64,000 nt of DNA from an uncultured Solirubrobacteraceae bacterium (lineage in GTDB: Bacteria; Actinomycetota; Thermoleophilia; Solirubrobacterales; Solirubrobacteraceae): the NCBI GenBank assembly GCA_963759945.1, contig CAVXBH010000014.1:88884-152883 (forward strand), given 5' to 3'. Position numbers and translations under genes: made by a program. Of the stretch, positions 1 through 15,484 are shown piece after piece (position 1 is the stretch's first letter; every line of letters begins with the position of its first letter). The notes under the pieces are model-generated. The model did not search any database. It was not told where the DNA came from and was given only the letters and a program-made list of their open reading frames with translations.

Positions 1-12
1 GGGAGGAGCTTC

Positions 13-2192
13 GTGTCCGTCGCGATAAGCGAAGGCCAGCTCGGCGCGAGCCTCCTCCGTGAGCTGCCGCCGCGCACGAGCGTCGAAGTCCGCGACGGCG
101 ACCGGGTCCTCGTGCGGACCGGCGACACCACCGGCGGCGACGACACGAGCTTTCAGGCTGGCGGGCGCCGCTTCGACACGCGCACGCACGTCCGGGCGCC
201 GACGGCGGGCCCGTGGCCCGCCGTTGTGCTCGGGCTCGGGCTGCTGCTCACCGCGCTGGTGGGTCTGACCTTGCTGGCCGGCCGGCGCCGCGAGCATTCC
301 CGGACCGTGGAGCGCGACGCGGAGCGCGACTTCTCCGCCGCCGTGCTCGCGGCGATGCCGGACGGTCTCCTGGTCCATGACGACACGACGGTGCTGGCGG
401 TCAACGACGCGCTCTGCGAGCTGAGTGGCTACGCACGCAAGGAGCTCATCGGCTCCACCGTGCCCTCGCGCCTGTGGCCGCCCGAGAGCCACCCGGACCT
501 CACCGACCTCGTCGCCGCGGCCGACCGGGGTGAGGAGGCCCAGGTCGAGACCGTGTTGCGGCGCAAGGACGGGAGTCTCCTCGAGGTGCTGCTCGGCGCG
601 AGCCCGGTCCGCGAGGTCAAGGGGAAGCGGATGCGCGTCGGCGTGATCAAGGACATCTCCGATCGCGTCGCGGCCGAGCGCGGCCTGCGCGAGTTCTCCG
701 ACGCCTCGGCGGAGGTGGTGGCCCGGCTGTCGATCGCCGAGCAGATCGAGTGGGTCTCCCCCTCCGCCCGCCAGGTCCTCGGACGTGAGCCCGGCCGAAC
801 TCGTCGGCAAGCGCTTCGGCGATCTCTTCGACGACAGCCCCGCCTCCGACGGCGCGATCCGCCGCGGCGGCGGGATCCGCCGCATCGAGCGGCCGGACGG
901 CTCCTCCATCCTCACGGAGACGACGCTCGCGCCCGCTGCGCAACGGCGAAGGCGAGGTCACGGGTATCCGCATCGCGCTGCGCGACGTCACCGAGCGCGA
1001 GACTGCGCGCCAGGCACTGGCGACGAGCGAGTCGCGGTACCGGACGCTGGTCGCCAACCTCCCGGAGGCACGGGTGATGATGGTCGACCGGGACGGCCGC
1101 TTCGTGTTCGCCGACGGCGACACCGATCTCAACCTCGGCCGCCAGGACTTCGAACCCATGTGGGCGACCGCCCTCACGGGCAGGCCGGGCGAGCTCGCCC
1201 ACTCAAGCGCGAACGGCCGCCACCATCTGCTGCGCTTCGTCCCCGTCCGCGACGCGGCCGGCGAAGTCGACGGCGCGATGTGCGTCGCCATCGACGTCAC
1301 GGTCATTCGCGAGCGCGAGGACGCCGCCCGGCGCGCCGACGCGCGCTTCCGCGCGATGTTCGAGCACGCCCCGACGGGCATCGGAATGGTCGACCGCGAC
1401 GGACGCATCGTCGAGGCCAACGAGACCTGGGCGCGAATGCTGGTCACCGACCCCGCCGAGCTGATCGGGCGGCGCCTCACGGACTTCGTCCACAGCGAGG
1501 ACCACGACGCGGTCAGGACCATCGCCGCGCTGGCCGCCGAGGGTGAGACGGAGACGACGGTCGAGCTGCGCCTGCGCGTCGACGGTCGCGAGGCGTGGGC
1601 GCTGATCTCCGCCTGCCGACTGCCCGACGCGGCCGACGCGCATCCGCGCGTGCTCTGCCAGGTGCAGGAGATCAGCGCGCGCAAGTCGCTCGAGTTCGAA
1701 CTGCGCGTCGCCGCCGACCACGACCCGCTCACCGGTGCGCTCAATCGGCGCGGCTTCGAGGCGCGGGCGCGCGAGCGGCTGAGCGAGCATCTGCGCCACG
1801 GCGGGACCAGCGCGGTGCTGATGGGCGACCTCGACGGCTTCAAGGCGGTCAACGACGACCTCGGCCACGCCGCCGGCGACACGCTCCTGCGGACGGTCTT
1901 CGCGGCCCTGTCGGTGACCATGCGCACGGAGGACCTGCTCGCCCGGCTGGGCGGCGACGAGTTCGCGATCCTCGTGCCGCACGCCGACGAGGTCGACCTC
2001 GACGTGCTCGCCGAGCGCGTGCAGGAGGCGCTGGCCGCCACGGCGCCGCCCGGCCACGAGGTCAGCGCGAGCATCGGCATCGCGATGCTGTCGCCCGACC
2101 GCACGCTCGAGTCGGCGCTCGAGGCGGCCGACGCCGCGCTCTACGTCGTCAAGGCGGCGGGCCGCGGCGGGCACCGGCACGCGCCGGCCTGA
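13..2192 (+). CDS. multi-PAS GGDEF diguanylate cyclase; reading frame broken near 780-790 and 950-1075
   Basis: GGGAGGA at 1-7, then GTG at 13. TM segment, PAS-like blocks (RYRTLVANLPE, RFRAMFEHAPTGIGMVD), C-terminal GGDEF domain with literal RLGGDEFAIL. Product must be stitched from track ORFs 13..1077, 785..1546 and 1074..2192. Confidence 0.8.
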
Positions 2193-2220
2193 TCGCTCGC
2201 TGGCACTACCGTCCGCCGCC

Positions 2221-3496
2221 GTGAAGCGCGTCCTGCTGCTTGCGTTCCTCCTGGCTGGTGTGATCCTCCGGCACACGCCCGGGCCGCGCCGTTGTCGACC
2301 TGCTTCTGGGAGGGGCCGATCTCCACCCAGCAGCCGTCCTCGCGCGGCTTCGACGGCCGCACGTTCAACTTCCCGGAGGAGTCCGCGACCTACTGGCTCG
2401 CCCGCTTCCACCTCGCCGAGGGACAGTCGCTCACGCTGCGCGGGCGCTACCCGCACGGGCGCTACATGTCGCTCAACGCGTACTCGGAAGGCGTGCCGAC
2501 CGATGCGCTCTCGGACGTCCTGATCGAGCCCGACGCCGGTGCCACCAACCCGTTCGTGGCCGGTCATCGGCGCGATCGCAAGCGGCGCGGCTGGACCGTC
2601 ACCGTGCGCAACGAGCCGCCGCCGGCCGAGGGACGAGCGCCGAACACGCTCTACGCGCAGCCCGACGGCGAGGCTGCCCATCGAGCTCGCCTATCGCGTC
2701 TACGAGCCCGACCGCGGGCGCGACCTGACCGGCGGCACCGGCCTCCCCGAGCCCGACCTCGACTGCGACGCGATCAACGACGCCAACCGCGACATCACCG
2801 TGCAGACGATCCAGCCCGCCCTGTGGCGCGCGGGCACCGCCTGCCGGCCCGGCCACCCCGCCTTCGACCCGGTGCGCTGGGAGCGCTTCTTCAACATCGA
2901 CTACGCGACCTCCGCGGTGCTCGCGGACTGCACCGCCGCGGGCTTCGTGGCCCGGCGGATGCTCAGCCCGGCGCAGCAGGGCGGCTTCTACTCCAACCGC
3001 GACTCGGCCTACATCTTCGCCCACCTGTCGCGGTTGCTCGGGGAGGTCGTCGTCGTGCGCGGCAAGCTCCCGCGCTTCCCCATCACCCGCGACGGCCGCC
3101 GCGCGCATGGGCCGAGGGCAACTGCGCTTCTGGTCGCTGTGCACGGGCGAGTCGCGCGTCACCACCCGCACGCCCGACTGCCTCGCCGACCGCCAGCTCG
3201 CGCTCGGCCGGCGGCGCGCCTACACCGTCGTCGTCTCCAAGCCGGAGGACCGGCCGGCCAACGCGCGCCGCCGGTGCGGCATCAGCTGGCTCGACATGGG
3301 CGACGGAGACGGCGACCAGCGGTCCGACTACGCCGTGCTGATCATGCGCAACATGCTCGTCGCGCCGACCTTCGAGCACGCCATCCAACGCGTGCCGCGC
3401 CCCGGCAGCGAGCCGCAGGTCATGGGCCCGTACTTCCCGCGCGCGCAGTACGCCGAGCGGGCCGACGTCGAAGCCCTGGGCTGCGGTCCTGTCTGA
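2221..3496 (+). CDS. secreted hypothetical protein, frame broken at least 3 times
   Basis: Signal-like MKRVLLLAFLLAGVIL at 2221. Protein-like text continues through ORFs 2292.., 2539.. and 3107..3496 (FWSLCTGESRV, YTVVVSKPEDRPANA). No family recognised. Confidence 0.45.
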
Positions 3497-3518
3497 TCCG
3501 ATCGAACTCTGGGAAGCG

Positions 3519-4337
3519 GTGCTGCTGGGCGCCGTCGAGGGGGTCACCGAGTTCCTGCCGATCTCGAGTACGGGCCACCTGACGATCGTCGAGCGACTGC
3601 TGGGCTACTCGACCGACGACCCGGACGTCACCGCCTTCACGGCGATCATCCAGGTCGGCGCTGTGCTCGCCACGCTGATCTTCCTGCGCCAGGACGCCAA
3701 GCGGCTGATCATCGCGGCGTGGCGAGGGCTGCGGTCCTCGGCCGAGCGCGACAACCCTGACTTCCGCTTCGCGCTCGCGGTCGTGATCGGGTCGATTCCG
3801 ATCGGCATCATCGGCCTGCTCTTCAAGGACACGATCGAGACCACGCTGCGCTCGCTGTGGTTCGTCGGCTCCGCCCTGATCCTCTGGAGCTTCGTGATGC
3901 GCTTCGCCGACACGCGCGCCACGCAGGAACGCGACGAGTCCGACGTCACCTGGAAGGACACGCTGATCATCGGCGTCACCCAGTGCCTCGCACTGATCCC
4001 TGGCGTCTCCCGCTCCGGCGCGACGATGTCCGCCGGCCTGCTGCGCGGCCTGGACCGCGTCACCGTCACGCGGCTGTCCTTCTTCCTCTCGATCCCGGCC
4101 CTGACCGCCGCCGGAATCCTGCAGGTCGCCGACGAGCACGACCGGATCGCCGACGGCGTCGGCTGGGCCCCGACCATCGTGGCCACCGCCGTCTCGTTCG
4201 TCGTCGCCTACGCCGCCGTCGCCTGGCTGCTGCGCTTCATCGCCGGCCACACGTACACGGTCTTCATCGTCTACCGCCTCGTGCTCGGCACCATCGTCCT
4301 GCTGCTCGTCGCCACGGGCGCCCTCGCCGCGACTTAG
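3519..4337 (+). CDS. uppP: undecaprenyl-diphosphate phosphatase (BacA/UppP)
   Basis: GTG start. LLGAVEGVTEFLPISSTGHL signature, PGVSRSGATM motif, polytopic membrane protein, intact 272 aa. Confidence 0.9.
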   Translation: MLLGAVEGVTEFLPISSTGHLTIVERLLGYSTDDPDVTAFTAIIQVGAVLATLIFLRQDAKRLIIAAWRGLRSSAERDNPDFRFALAVVIGSIPIGIIGLLFKDTIETTLRSLWFVGSALILWSFVMRFADTRATQERDESDVTWKDTLIIGVTQCLALIPGVSRSGATMSAGLLRGLDRVTVTRLSFFLSIPALTAAGILQVADEHDRIADGVGWAPTIVATAVSFVVAYAAVAWLLRFIAGHTYTVFIVYRLVLGTIVLLLVATGALAAT

Positions 4338-4604
4338 TCCCGTCTGCGCTTCAGGCGCCGCGACAGCTCGGCCGTAGCTAGCCGCTGGTGAGGGAGGGGA
4401 GCAGCCGGACACGCCGCGAGCTACCTCGAGTTCCGGCCGCAACCCTCCTCTGACGCCGGTCTGTGTCGCCTAGGTGCGCACATATCCCTCTAAGGCGACA
4501 CGAAGGCCACGACTCTCGGCAGGGTGGGCGCCGCTCCCCCTCCCTTACCAGCCGAATGGCTGCGGCGCGAGCGCTGCTCGCACAGATCAATTATTTTCCG
4601 GGCC

Positions 4605-5000
4605 ATGCTCGGACGCACGCTTCCCGCCGCCCTGCTCGCCGCCGCCGCCATGGCCGCGAGCCCTGCCCTGGCCGCTGCGCCGCCGGACGCGACGTACAAG
4701 GGCAAGACCAGCCAGAAGAAGAACGTGACGATCCTCACCGCGGGTGGGGACATCGACACGTTCTCGGTGAAGGTCAAGAACAACTGCGGCGCGACCAACC
4801 GGCCCCTGATCATCGGGTCCGACAGCGACATCCCGGTGAAGGCGAACGGGAAGTTCAACGTCAGCCTCGGGGAAGGCGCCTTCACGCTCAGCGGGCGCTT
4901 CACCGGACGCAAGGTCACCGGCAGGTTCCGCGAGCACTACGTCGACGAGCTGTTCGGCGACTGCGACACCAAGCAGGTCACCTTCAGCGCGCAACGCTGA
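4605..5000 (+). CDS. small secreted hypothetical protein
   Basis: ATG 4605 gives MLGRTLPAALLAAAAMAASPALAAAPP signal peptide, followed by a beta-rich 100-aa body. Confidence 0.5.
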   Translation: MLGRTLPAALLAAAAMAASPALAAAPPDATYKGKTSQKKNVTILTAGGDIDTFSVKVKNNCGATNRPLIIGSDSDIPVKANGKFNVSLGEGAFTLSGRFTGRKVTGRFREHYVDELFGDCDTKQVTFSAQR

Positions 5001-6291
5001 AGCGCACGGAGAAGCGCGCGCCGCCGCGCGAAGAGTCCGTCACGGTGACGGTCGCCCCATGCTCGCGGGCCTGCTGGGCGACGAGCGCGAGGCCGAGGCC
5101 GGAGCCGTCTCGCTCGGCCGCCTCGGGGAGTCGTTCGAAGGGCAAGAAGATGCGCTCGCGGTCGGCCTCGGGGACGCCTGTCCCGTCGTCGTCGACGGTC
5201 AGCTCGCCGGACTCGGTGAGCGCCACCCAGACGCCGCCACCGCCGTGGCGCTTCGCATTGGCGACGAGGTTGGCGACCAGCAGCCGCAGCCCCTCCTCCC
5301 AGCCCTGGACGATCACCGGTTCGTCCGGCAGCGCGAGCTCGGCGCCGGCTGCCGCGCGGGCCACCACCTCGGTGAGATCGACCGGCTCGAGCCGGGCGGC
5401 CATCGCGTCGCCACGCGCGAGGGCCTGGAGACCGTCGAGCAGCTCGACGAGCCGGCGCTGCTCGTCGAGTGCGTCGGCGAGCATCGCCGTGCGCTGCTCG
5501 GCCGGGACGTCGGGGTGCCGGTGCAGCGCCGACAGGGTGGCCTGCACCGTCGTCAACGGGGTGCGCAGCTCGTGCCCGGCGTCGAGGGTGAAGCGCCGGG
5601 TCGCGCCGACCGCCCGCGACAGTCGGCCGAGCATGCCGTTGAAGGACGCCGCCAGTTCGCGGACCTCGGCCGGGCCGTCGGTTTCGGAAACGCGCGTGTC
5701 GAGGTCGGCCTCGCCGGCGATCCGTCCCGTCGCGGCCCGCAGCCGACGCAGCGGGCCGAGGACGCCGACGGCGGCCGCGAACGTGCCGAGGCCGGCGATC
5801 AGCAGCGCCACCACGCCGTAGAGCAGCAGGCGCCGGTTGAGGTTCGCCTGGTTGCGCTCGAGAGTCGCCAGCGACTGAGTGACCTCCAGCGCCGCGTCGA
5901 GGTTGGAGTAGCGCACCGGCGTCACCAGTACGCGAAACCGCTCCCCGTCCTCCGTCACGGTGTGCAGGCCGGGCGATGGCGCATCGCCCGACACGAGCTC
6001 GGGACCGGCCACGAAGGCCGCGTTCCCGTTGAGCAGCACCCGCAACGAGGTCTTCGACGCGCCGAGCACGCGGTCCAGACGCTGCTGGGTGTCGGGGTCG
6101 AGCGTGGCTTCGGTGTTGAAGACGTCGAGCGCGGTGTCGCGCGAGAGGCGCGCCGTGTCGCGCAGGCGGTCGTCGAGTCCGTCGCGGGCGACCCGCTCGG
6201 TGTAGTTCGAGATCAACAGGCCGGCGACTCCGAGCACGACCACGATGACGAGGCCGACCCCCAGGCTCAGGCGGCCGCGGAGGCTGCGCAT
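4984..6291 (-). CDS. sensor histidine kinase (TM-HAMP-HisKA-HATPase)
   Basis: H-box HELRTPLTT, N/G boxes (NAKRHGGGG, DDDGTGVP, GSGLGLALV), N-terminal TM helix. Intact 435 aa. Confidence 0.85.
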   Translation of the reverse strand: MRSLRGRLSLGVGLVIVVVLGVAGLLISNYTERVARDGLDDRLRDTARLSRDTALDVFNTEATLDPDTQQRLDRVLGASKTSLRVLLNGNAAFVAGPELVSGDAPSPGLHTVTEDGERFRVLVTPVRYSNLDAALEVTQSLATLERNQANLNRRLLLYGVVALLIAGLGTFAAAVGVLGPLRRLRAATGRIAGEADLDTRVSETDGPAEVRELAASFNGMLGRLSRAVGATRRFTLDAGHELRTPLTTVQATLSALHRHPDVPAEQRTAMLADALDEQRRLVELLDGLQALARGDAMAARLEPVDLTEVVARAAAGAELALPDEPVIVQGWEEGLRLLVANLVANAKRHGGGGVWVALTESGELTVDDDGTGVPEADRERIFLPFERLPEAAERDGSGLGLALVAQQAREHGATVTVTDSSRGGARFSVRFSVAR

Positions 6292-6300
6292 CGGCTCAGG

Positions 6301-6982
6301 TTACGGCCGCAGGACGAAGCCGACGCCGCGCACCGTGTGCAGGACGCGCGGCTCGCCGCCGGCTTCGAGCTTGCGCCGCAGGTACCCGACGAACACGTCC
6401 GCGACGTTGGTCTTGGGATCGAAGTCGTAGCCCCAGACGTCCTCGTGCAGGCGTTCGCGCGACAGCACGTCGCCCGGGTTGCGCATGAAGAGGTCGAGCA
6501 GCTCGAGCTCGCGCGCGGTCAGCTCGAGGTCGCGCTCGCCGCGCAGCGCCCGATGACCCGGCCGGTCGAGGTACAGGTCACCGACGGTGATGTGCTCCGT
6601 GTCGGGGGCGGGCCGGCGGCGCAGCAGCGCGTGCAGGCGGGCGACGACCTCCTCGAGCGCGAACGGCTTGACCACGTAGTCGTCGGCTCCGGCCTCCAGG
6701 CCGTCGACGCGGTCGCCGATCTCGTCGCGCGCCGACAGCACGCACACCGGGAGGTCGTTGCCGGAGGCGCGTAGCCGGCGCAGGACCTCGAGGCCGTCGA
6801 GGTCGGGCATCGTCATGTCGAGCAGCATGATCGCGGGGTCGATCCGCTCGATCGCCTCGAGTGCGGCGCGGCCTCCGGAGGCCGGCACCACCTCGAAACC
6901 CTCGAGCGCCAGTCCCGCACCCGACCGCCTTGCGAATCCGCGCGTCGTCGTCGACCAGCAGGACGACGTGGCGTTCCGTCAT
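6301..6982 (-). CDS. OmpR-family response regulator, one frame break near 6895-6920
   Basis: [20 protein letters not shown] (frame of ORF 6578..7402) joins ORF 6301..6891 (receiver [12 protein letters not shown]; winged-helix [13 protein letters not shown]). The ATG overlaps the upstream stop as ATGA. Confidence 0.8.
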
Positions 6983-7362
6983 TCCGGCCGGATTGTTTCG
7001 CAGTCCTCGCCGACCGTGTCGGAGGCGTCGGCGAAGGCGACGTCGCGACGACCCGCCCCGCAGGAGAGGACGTCCGCGCCCAGGCCACCGCGCAGCAGGT
7101 CGTTGCCGGCACCGCCGAGCAGCGTGTCGTTGCCCGGGTTGCCGTAGAGCTTGTCGCGGCCGAGGTCGCCCGACAGGAGGTCGTCGCCGCCGCGGCCGCC
7201 GATGCGGTCGTTGCCGCCAAGGCCGCCGATGCGGTCGGGAGCGCGGGTCCCGACCAGCTTGTCCGGGCCGTCGGTGCCGACCCGGTCGACCGTGCGCGCG
7301 GCGCCGGAACCGGCGACAAGGGCGATCACGAACGTGAGAGTGAGAACAGCCAGGCGGCGCAT
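6979..7362 (-). CDS. secreted calcium-binding protein with RTX-like GGxGxD repeats
   Basis: MRRLAVLTLTFVIALVAGSGA signal, followed by repeated GGLGGNDRIGGRGGDDLLSGDLGRDKLYGNPGNDTLLGGAGNDLLRGGLGAD. Confidence 0.6.
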   Translation of the reverse strand: MRRLAVLTLTFVIALVAGSGAARTVDRVGTDGPDKLVGTRAPDRIGGLGGNDRIGGRGGDDLLSGDLGRDKLYGNPGNDTLLGGAGNDLLRGGLGADVLSCGAGRRDVAFADASDTVGEDCETIRPE

Positions 7363-8712
7363 CGGACCATTCAGGATGACGGACCCGCGGCCAAGGTGCC
7401 ATCGCATCTCACAGAACGCTCACGCGAGACGCGAGTACCGTCGAATACGTGCAGGAGATCGAGACAAGCGTCGCGGTGGTAGGGGCCGGGCCCGCCGGCT
7501 TCTACGCCGCGGAACGCCTGCTCACCGTCGAAGGCGTCGAGGTCGACCTGTTCGACCGCCTCCCGACGCCATGGGGCCTCGTGCGCGCCGGCGTCGCGCC
7601 GGATCACCCGAAGATCAAGCAGGTCACCAAGCGCTACGAGCAGACGGCTGCGCATCCGCGCTTCCGCTTCCACGGCGGCGTCGAGATCGGTGCGGTCATC
7701 ACCCACGAGGACCTGCTCGAGCACTTCCACGCGGTCATCTACACGACGGGCGCGGCGATCGGGCGAAGCCTCGACATCCCCGGCGAGGAGCTCGACGGCT
7801 GCGAGTCGGCCACCGACTTCGTCGCCTGGTACAACGGGCATCCCGACGGCGCCGACCATCACTTCGACCTGTCCAGCCATCGGGCCGTCGTGGTCGGCAA
7901 CGGCAACGTCGCGCTGGACGTCGCCCGCATGCTGATGCTGCCCGAGGCCAAGCTGCGCCAGACCGACGTCGCCGACCATGCGCTGGACAAGCTCGTCGGC
8001 GGAGCCATCCGCGAGGTCGTGATCCTCGGCCGTCGCGGCCCGGCCGAGGCGGCCTACACCACGCCCGAGCTGCGCGAGCTCGCCTCGTTCACGGACGCGA
8101 CGGTGATCGTCGATCCCGCAGGGCGGATCGCTCGAGACGCCCGAGGATGCCGAGACCCGCGTGCGGCGCAACCTCGAAGTGGTGCGCGAGTACGCGGCCA
8201 ACGAACAGCCGGCGGACGATCGCACGATCGTGCTGCGCTTCCTGACCAGCCCGGTCGCGGTGCTCGGCCACGACGAGGTCGAGGGCCTGCGCGTCGGCCG
8301 CAACGAGCTCGTGGACGGCCGGGCCCGTGCCACGGGCGACGAGGAGGAGATCGCATGCGGTCTGGTCATCTCCGCCGTCGGCTATCGCGGGCACCCGATC
8401 GCGGGCGTGCCGTTCGACGACTGCGAAGGGCACGATCCCCAACGACGACGGACGGGTCGGCGAACGGGTCTACGCCGCGGGCTGGGCCAAGCGCGGGCCG
8501 TCGGGCATCATCGGCACCAACAAGAAGGATGCGAACGAGACCGTCGCAAGGCTGCTGGCCGACCGCGAGTGCGGGCCAGTCGACGTGGCGGTCGAAGGAC
8601 CGGGCCAGCCTCGACGCGCTGCTCGAGCGCGCCGGCGCAATCGACTACGCGGGCTGGGAGCGCATCGACGCCCACGAGCGCGAGACCGGTGAGGCGCAGG
8701 GGCGCCCGCGGC

Positions 8713-13115
<4,403 letters not shown>

Positions 13116-13121
13116 CCTAGC

Positions 13122-13142
13122 AATCTGGAATGGTTCCAGATT
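13122..13142. promoter_or_regulatory. perfect 9-3-9 palindrome AATCTGGAA-TGG-TTCCAGATT, candidate FurA operator
   Basis: Read directly. Lies 7-16 nt upstream of the furA start, inside the furA/tyrosinase divergent intergenic region. Confidence 0.5.
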
Positions 13143-13159
13143 TCACGATTCGGTTTACG

Positions 13160-15378
13160 ATGCACCTTCTGTTCGTCCTTCGGCTCTGCTCGGTCCTCGC
13201 CGTCGCGTTCGTCCTCGCCCACCCGCCCGTCCCGGCGGCCGGTCAGGCGACCGTCCCCGCTCCGCCCCTCGGCGGCGACTGCACGGGCGCGCCGCCACGG
13301 CAGGAGGTGCGGGAGCTCACGCCGGATCAGTGGCAGAACTTCATCACCGCGATCCGCACGCTGCAGGCGCGCGCGACGCCGCAGACCGCCTCGGCCTACG
13401 ACCGGCTGTCGGAGATCCACAACCGCTTCGCCAACGCCGGCAGCATCCACCAGACCGCCGCGTTCCTGCCCTGGCACCGGCTGTTCCTGCGCGCCTACGA
13501 GTACGAGCTGCAGCAGATCGATCCCACCGTGACCGTCCCCTACTGGGACTGGACCCGCGACAGTCAGCGGCTGGCGAACGCTCCGTTCTGGAGCCCGTCG
13601 CTGTTCGGCACGAACGGCTTCGGCATCAACGGGGTCATCCGCGACGGCGCCTTCGCCGACTGGATCCCGTTCCGCGGACCCGGGCGTGAAGGGGCGCGAC
13701 TACGGACTGACCCGCCAGTGGGGCAACGACCTCGGCCTCGAGACCGCCGCGGCAGCACCTGCCATCGCCCGCGTGCTGACGCGGCGCCAAGCGCTACGAG
13801 GGCCTGCGCACGGGGATCGAGAGCGGTGGCCACGGCGACGTCCACATCGCCATCGGCGGCGACATGGCCAACTTCTTCTCTCCCAACGACCCGGTCTTCT
13901 ACCTGCACCACGCCTTCATCGACAAGCTGTGGGCGGACTGGCAGGCGCTGCCCGGCCACGATCCGATGGCCTACGGCGGGCCGACCGTCCGCGGGCCGGA
14001 CCGCGCGAAGCTCTCCGACGAACTACCCGGCTTCCCCGGGGTGCGGGTGCGCGACGTCATGCGCTCCTCGAACCTGTGCGTCGTCTACCAGGCGTCGACG
14101 ACGCCGATGAAGACCGTCACCACCCTGCGGGCCTCCGCCTCCACCGTGCGGCCGGACGACAAGGTGACCTACATCGCGACGATTTCGAGCGCGCTGAAGG
14201 GCACGGTCGACTTCGAGCGCACCTTCGGCGGCGGACCCGGGACGGCGCTGTGCACGAACGTCAAGCCGGTGTTCGCGGTGAACACGTGGACCGCGGCCTG
14301 CACGGTCAACGCGAAGCGCCTGCGGGACGGCACGGCGGTCAAGACGATCGAGGCGACCTACAAGGGCGGCGCGGGCGAGCTCGCGAGCACCGGCACGACC
14401 AAGCTGCGCGTCGACCCGAAGAACCCGACCGTGGTGTGGGCGCCAGACACGACATTCCAGTACGGCACGCCGCTCGGCGCGAACCTCGATGCGTTCGAGA
14501 GCGTGCCCGGGAGCAAGCGCTTCACCGTGCTGGCCGCGCCCGGCCCGGAGCGCGACGTGACGCGCGAGACCGTGCTCGAGTCCGGCTACCAGGTCCTGCG
14601 CCTTCGCTTCACGCCACGCAAGGGGCCGCCGCAGCTGCTCACCCGCCGCCTCGTGGTGACGCCGGGCACGCTGACGGTGATCCCGAGCAACCTGCAGATC
14701 AAGGCGGGCATGGCGACCCCGAAGCCCGAGTTCTCGGTCACCGGCTTCGTGGCCGGGGAGACGCCTGCTTCGCTGACCGGATTCGAGGAGCCGATCTGCC
14801 GCGTCGCCCGTCCAGAGGGCCTGGCGGAGGACGCGCCGCTGCCGCAGGGTGACTACACGATCTTCTGCGAGGGCGGCAGCTCGCTCAACTACCGCTTCGA
14901 CACGAGCATCACCGGCGTGCTGCAGGTGGTCTCGAGCGACAACCTCGAGCCGCCCGACCAGGAGTTGCCGCCGGTCGGCGCCGGCCCTGAGCGCCAGCGG
15001 CCCAAGCCGTGCACGTTCGACAGGGGCAATCGCCTGCTGTGCGGCGGGATCAAGCGGCGCCGCTCGGTCCAGCGCGTCCTCTTCGTGCGCAACCAGAAGG
15101 TGCTCGCACGCGCGCGGGCGGTACGCCGCGGCGACCTGCTCGAGCTGCGGGTCCGCCCGAAGGTCAAGCCGGGGCTCTACCTGCTGACGATCGTGCAGCG
15201 CAGCGGCAAGCGCCGGGAGGTCCTCATCCGCGTGCTCCGCGAGTCGGTCGCCCAGCGCGCCTCGGTGGCTGCCGGCGCCCGCACGTTCGTCTGCCAGTTG
15301 GGCGAGGCCCGCCGGATCGGATCACGCGTCCGCAACGGCGTCCGTGTCACCAGCTGGCACATTGTCCAGCGGCGCTAG
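13160..15378 (+). CDS. secreted tyrosinase-domain protein fused to Ig-like and MBG-like C-terminal domains, 2 frame breaks
   Basis: Signal [20 protein letters not shown]. CuA ([19 protein letters not shown]) and CuB ([24 protein letters not shown]) histidines. C-terminal Ig-like segment and MBG-like [17 protein letters not shown]...[16 protein letters not shown]...GVLQV. Confidence 0.75.
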
Positions 15379-15484
15379 ACGGCGCTGCCTGCGTTTCGGG
15401 GATGTCCACCTCGCCCTCGGGGTCGTGCACGGCGAACCGGTGGATGGCGTCCGCCCTGAAGCCGGCCATGCGTAGCCTCGACTG

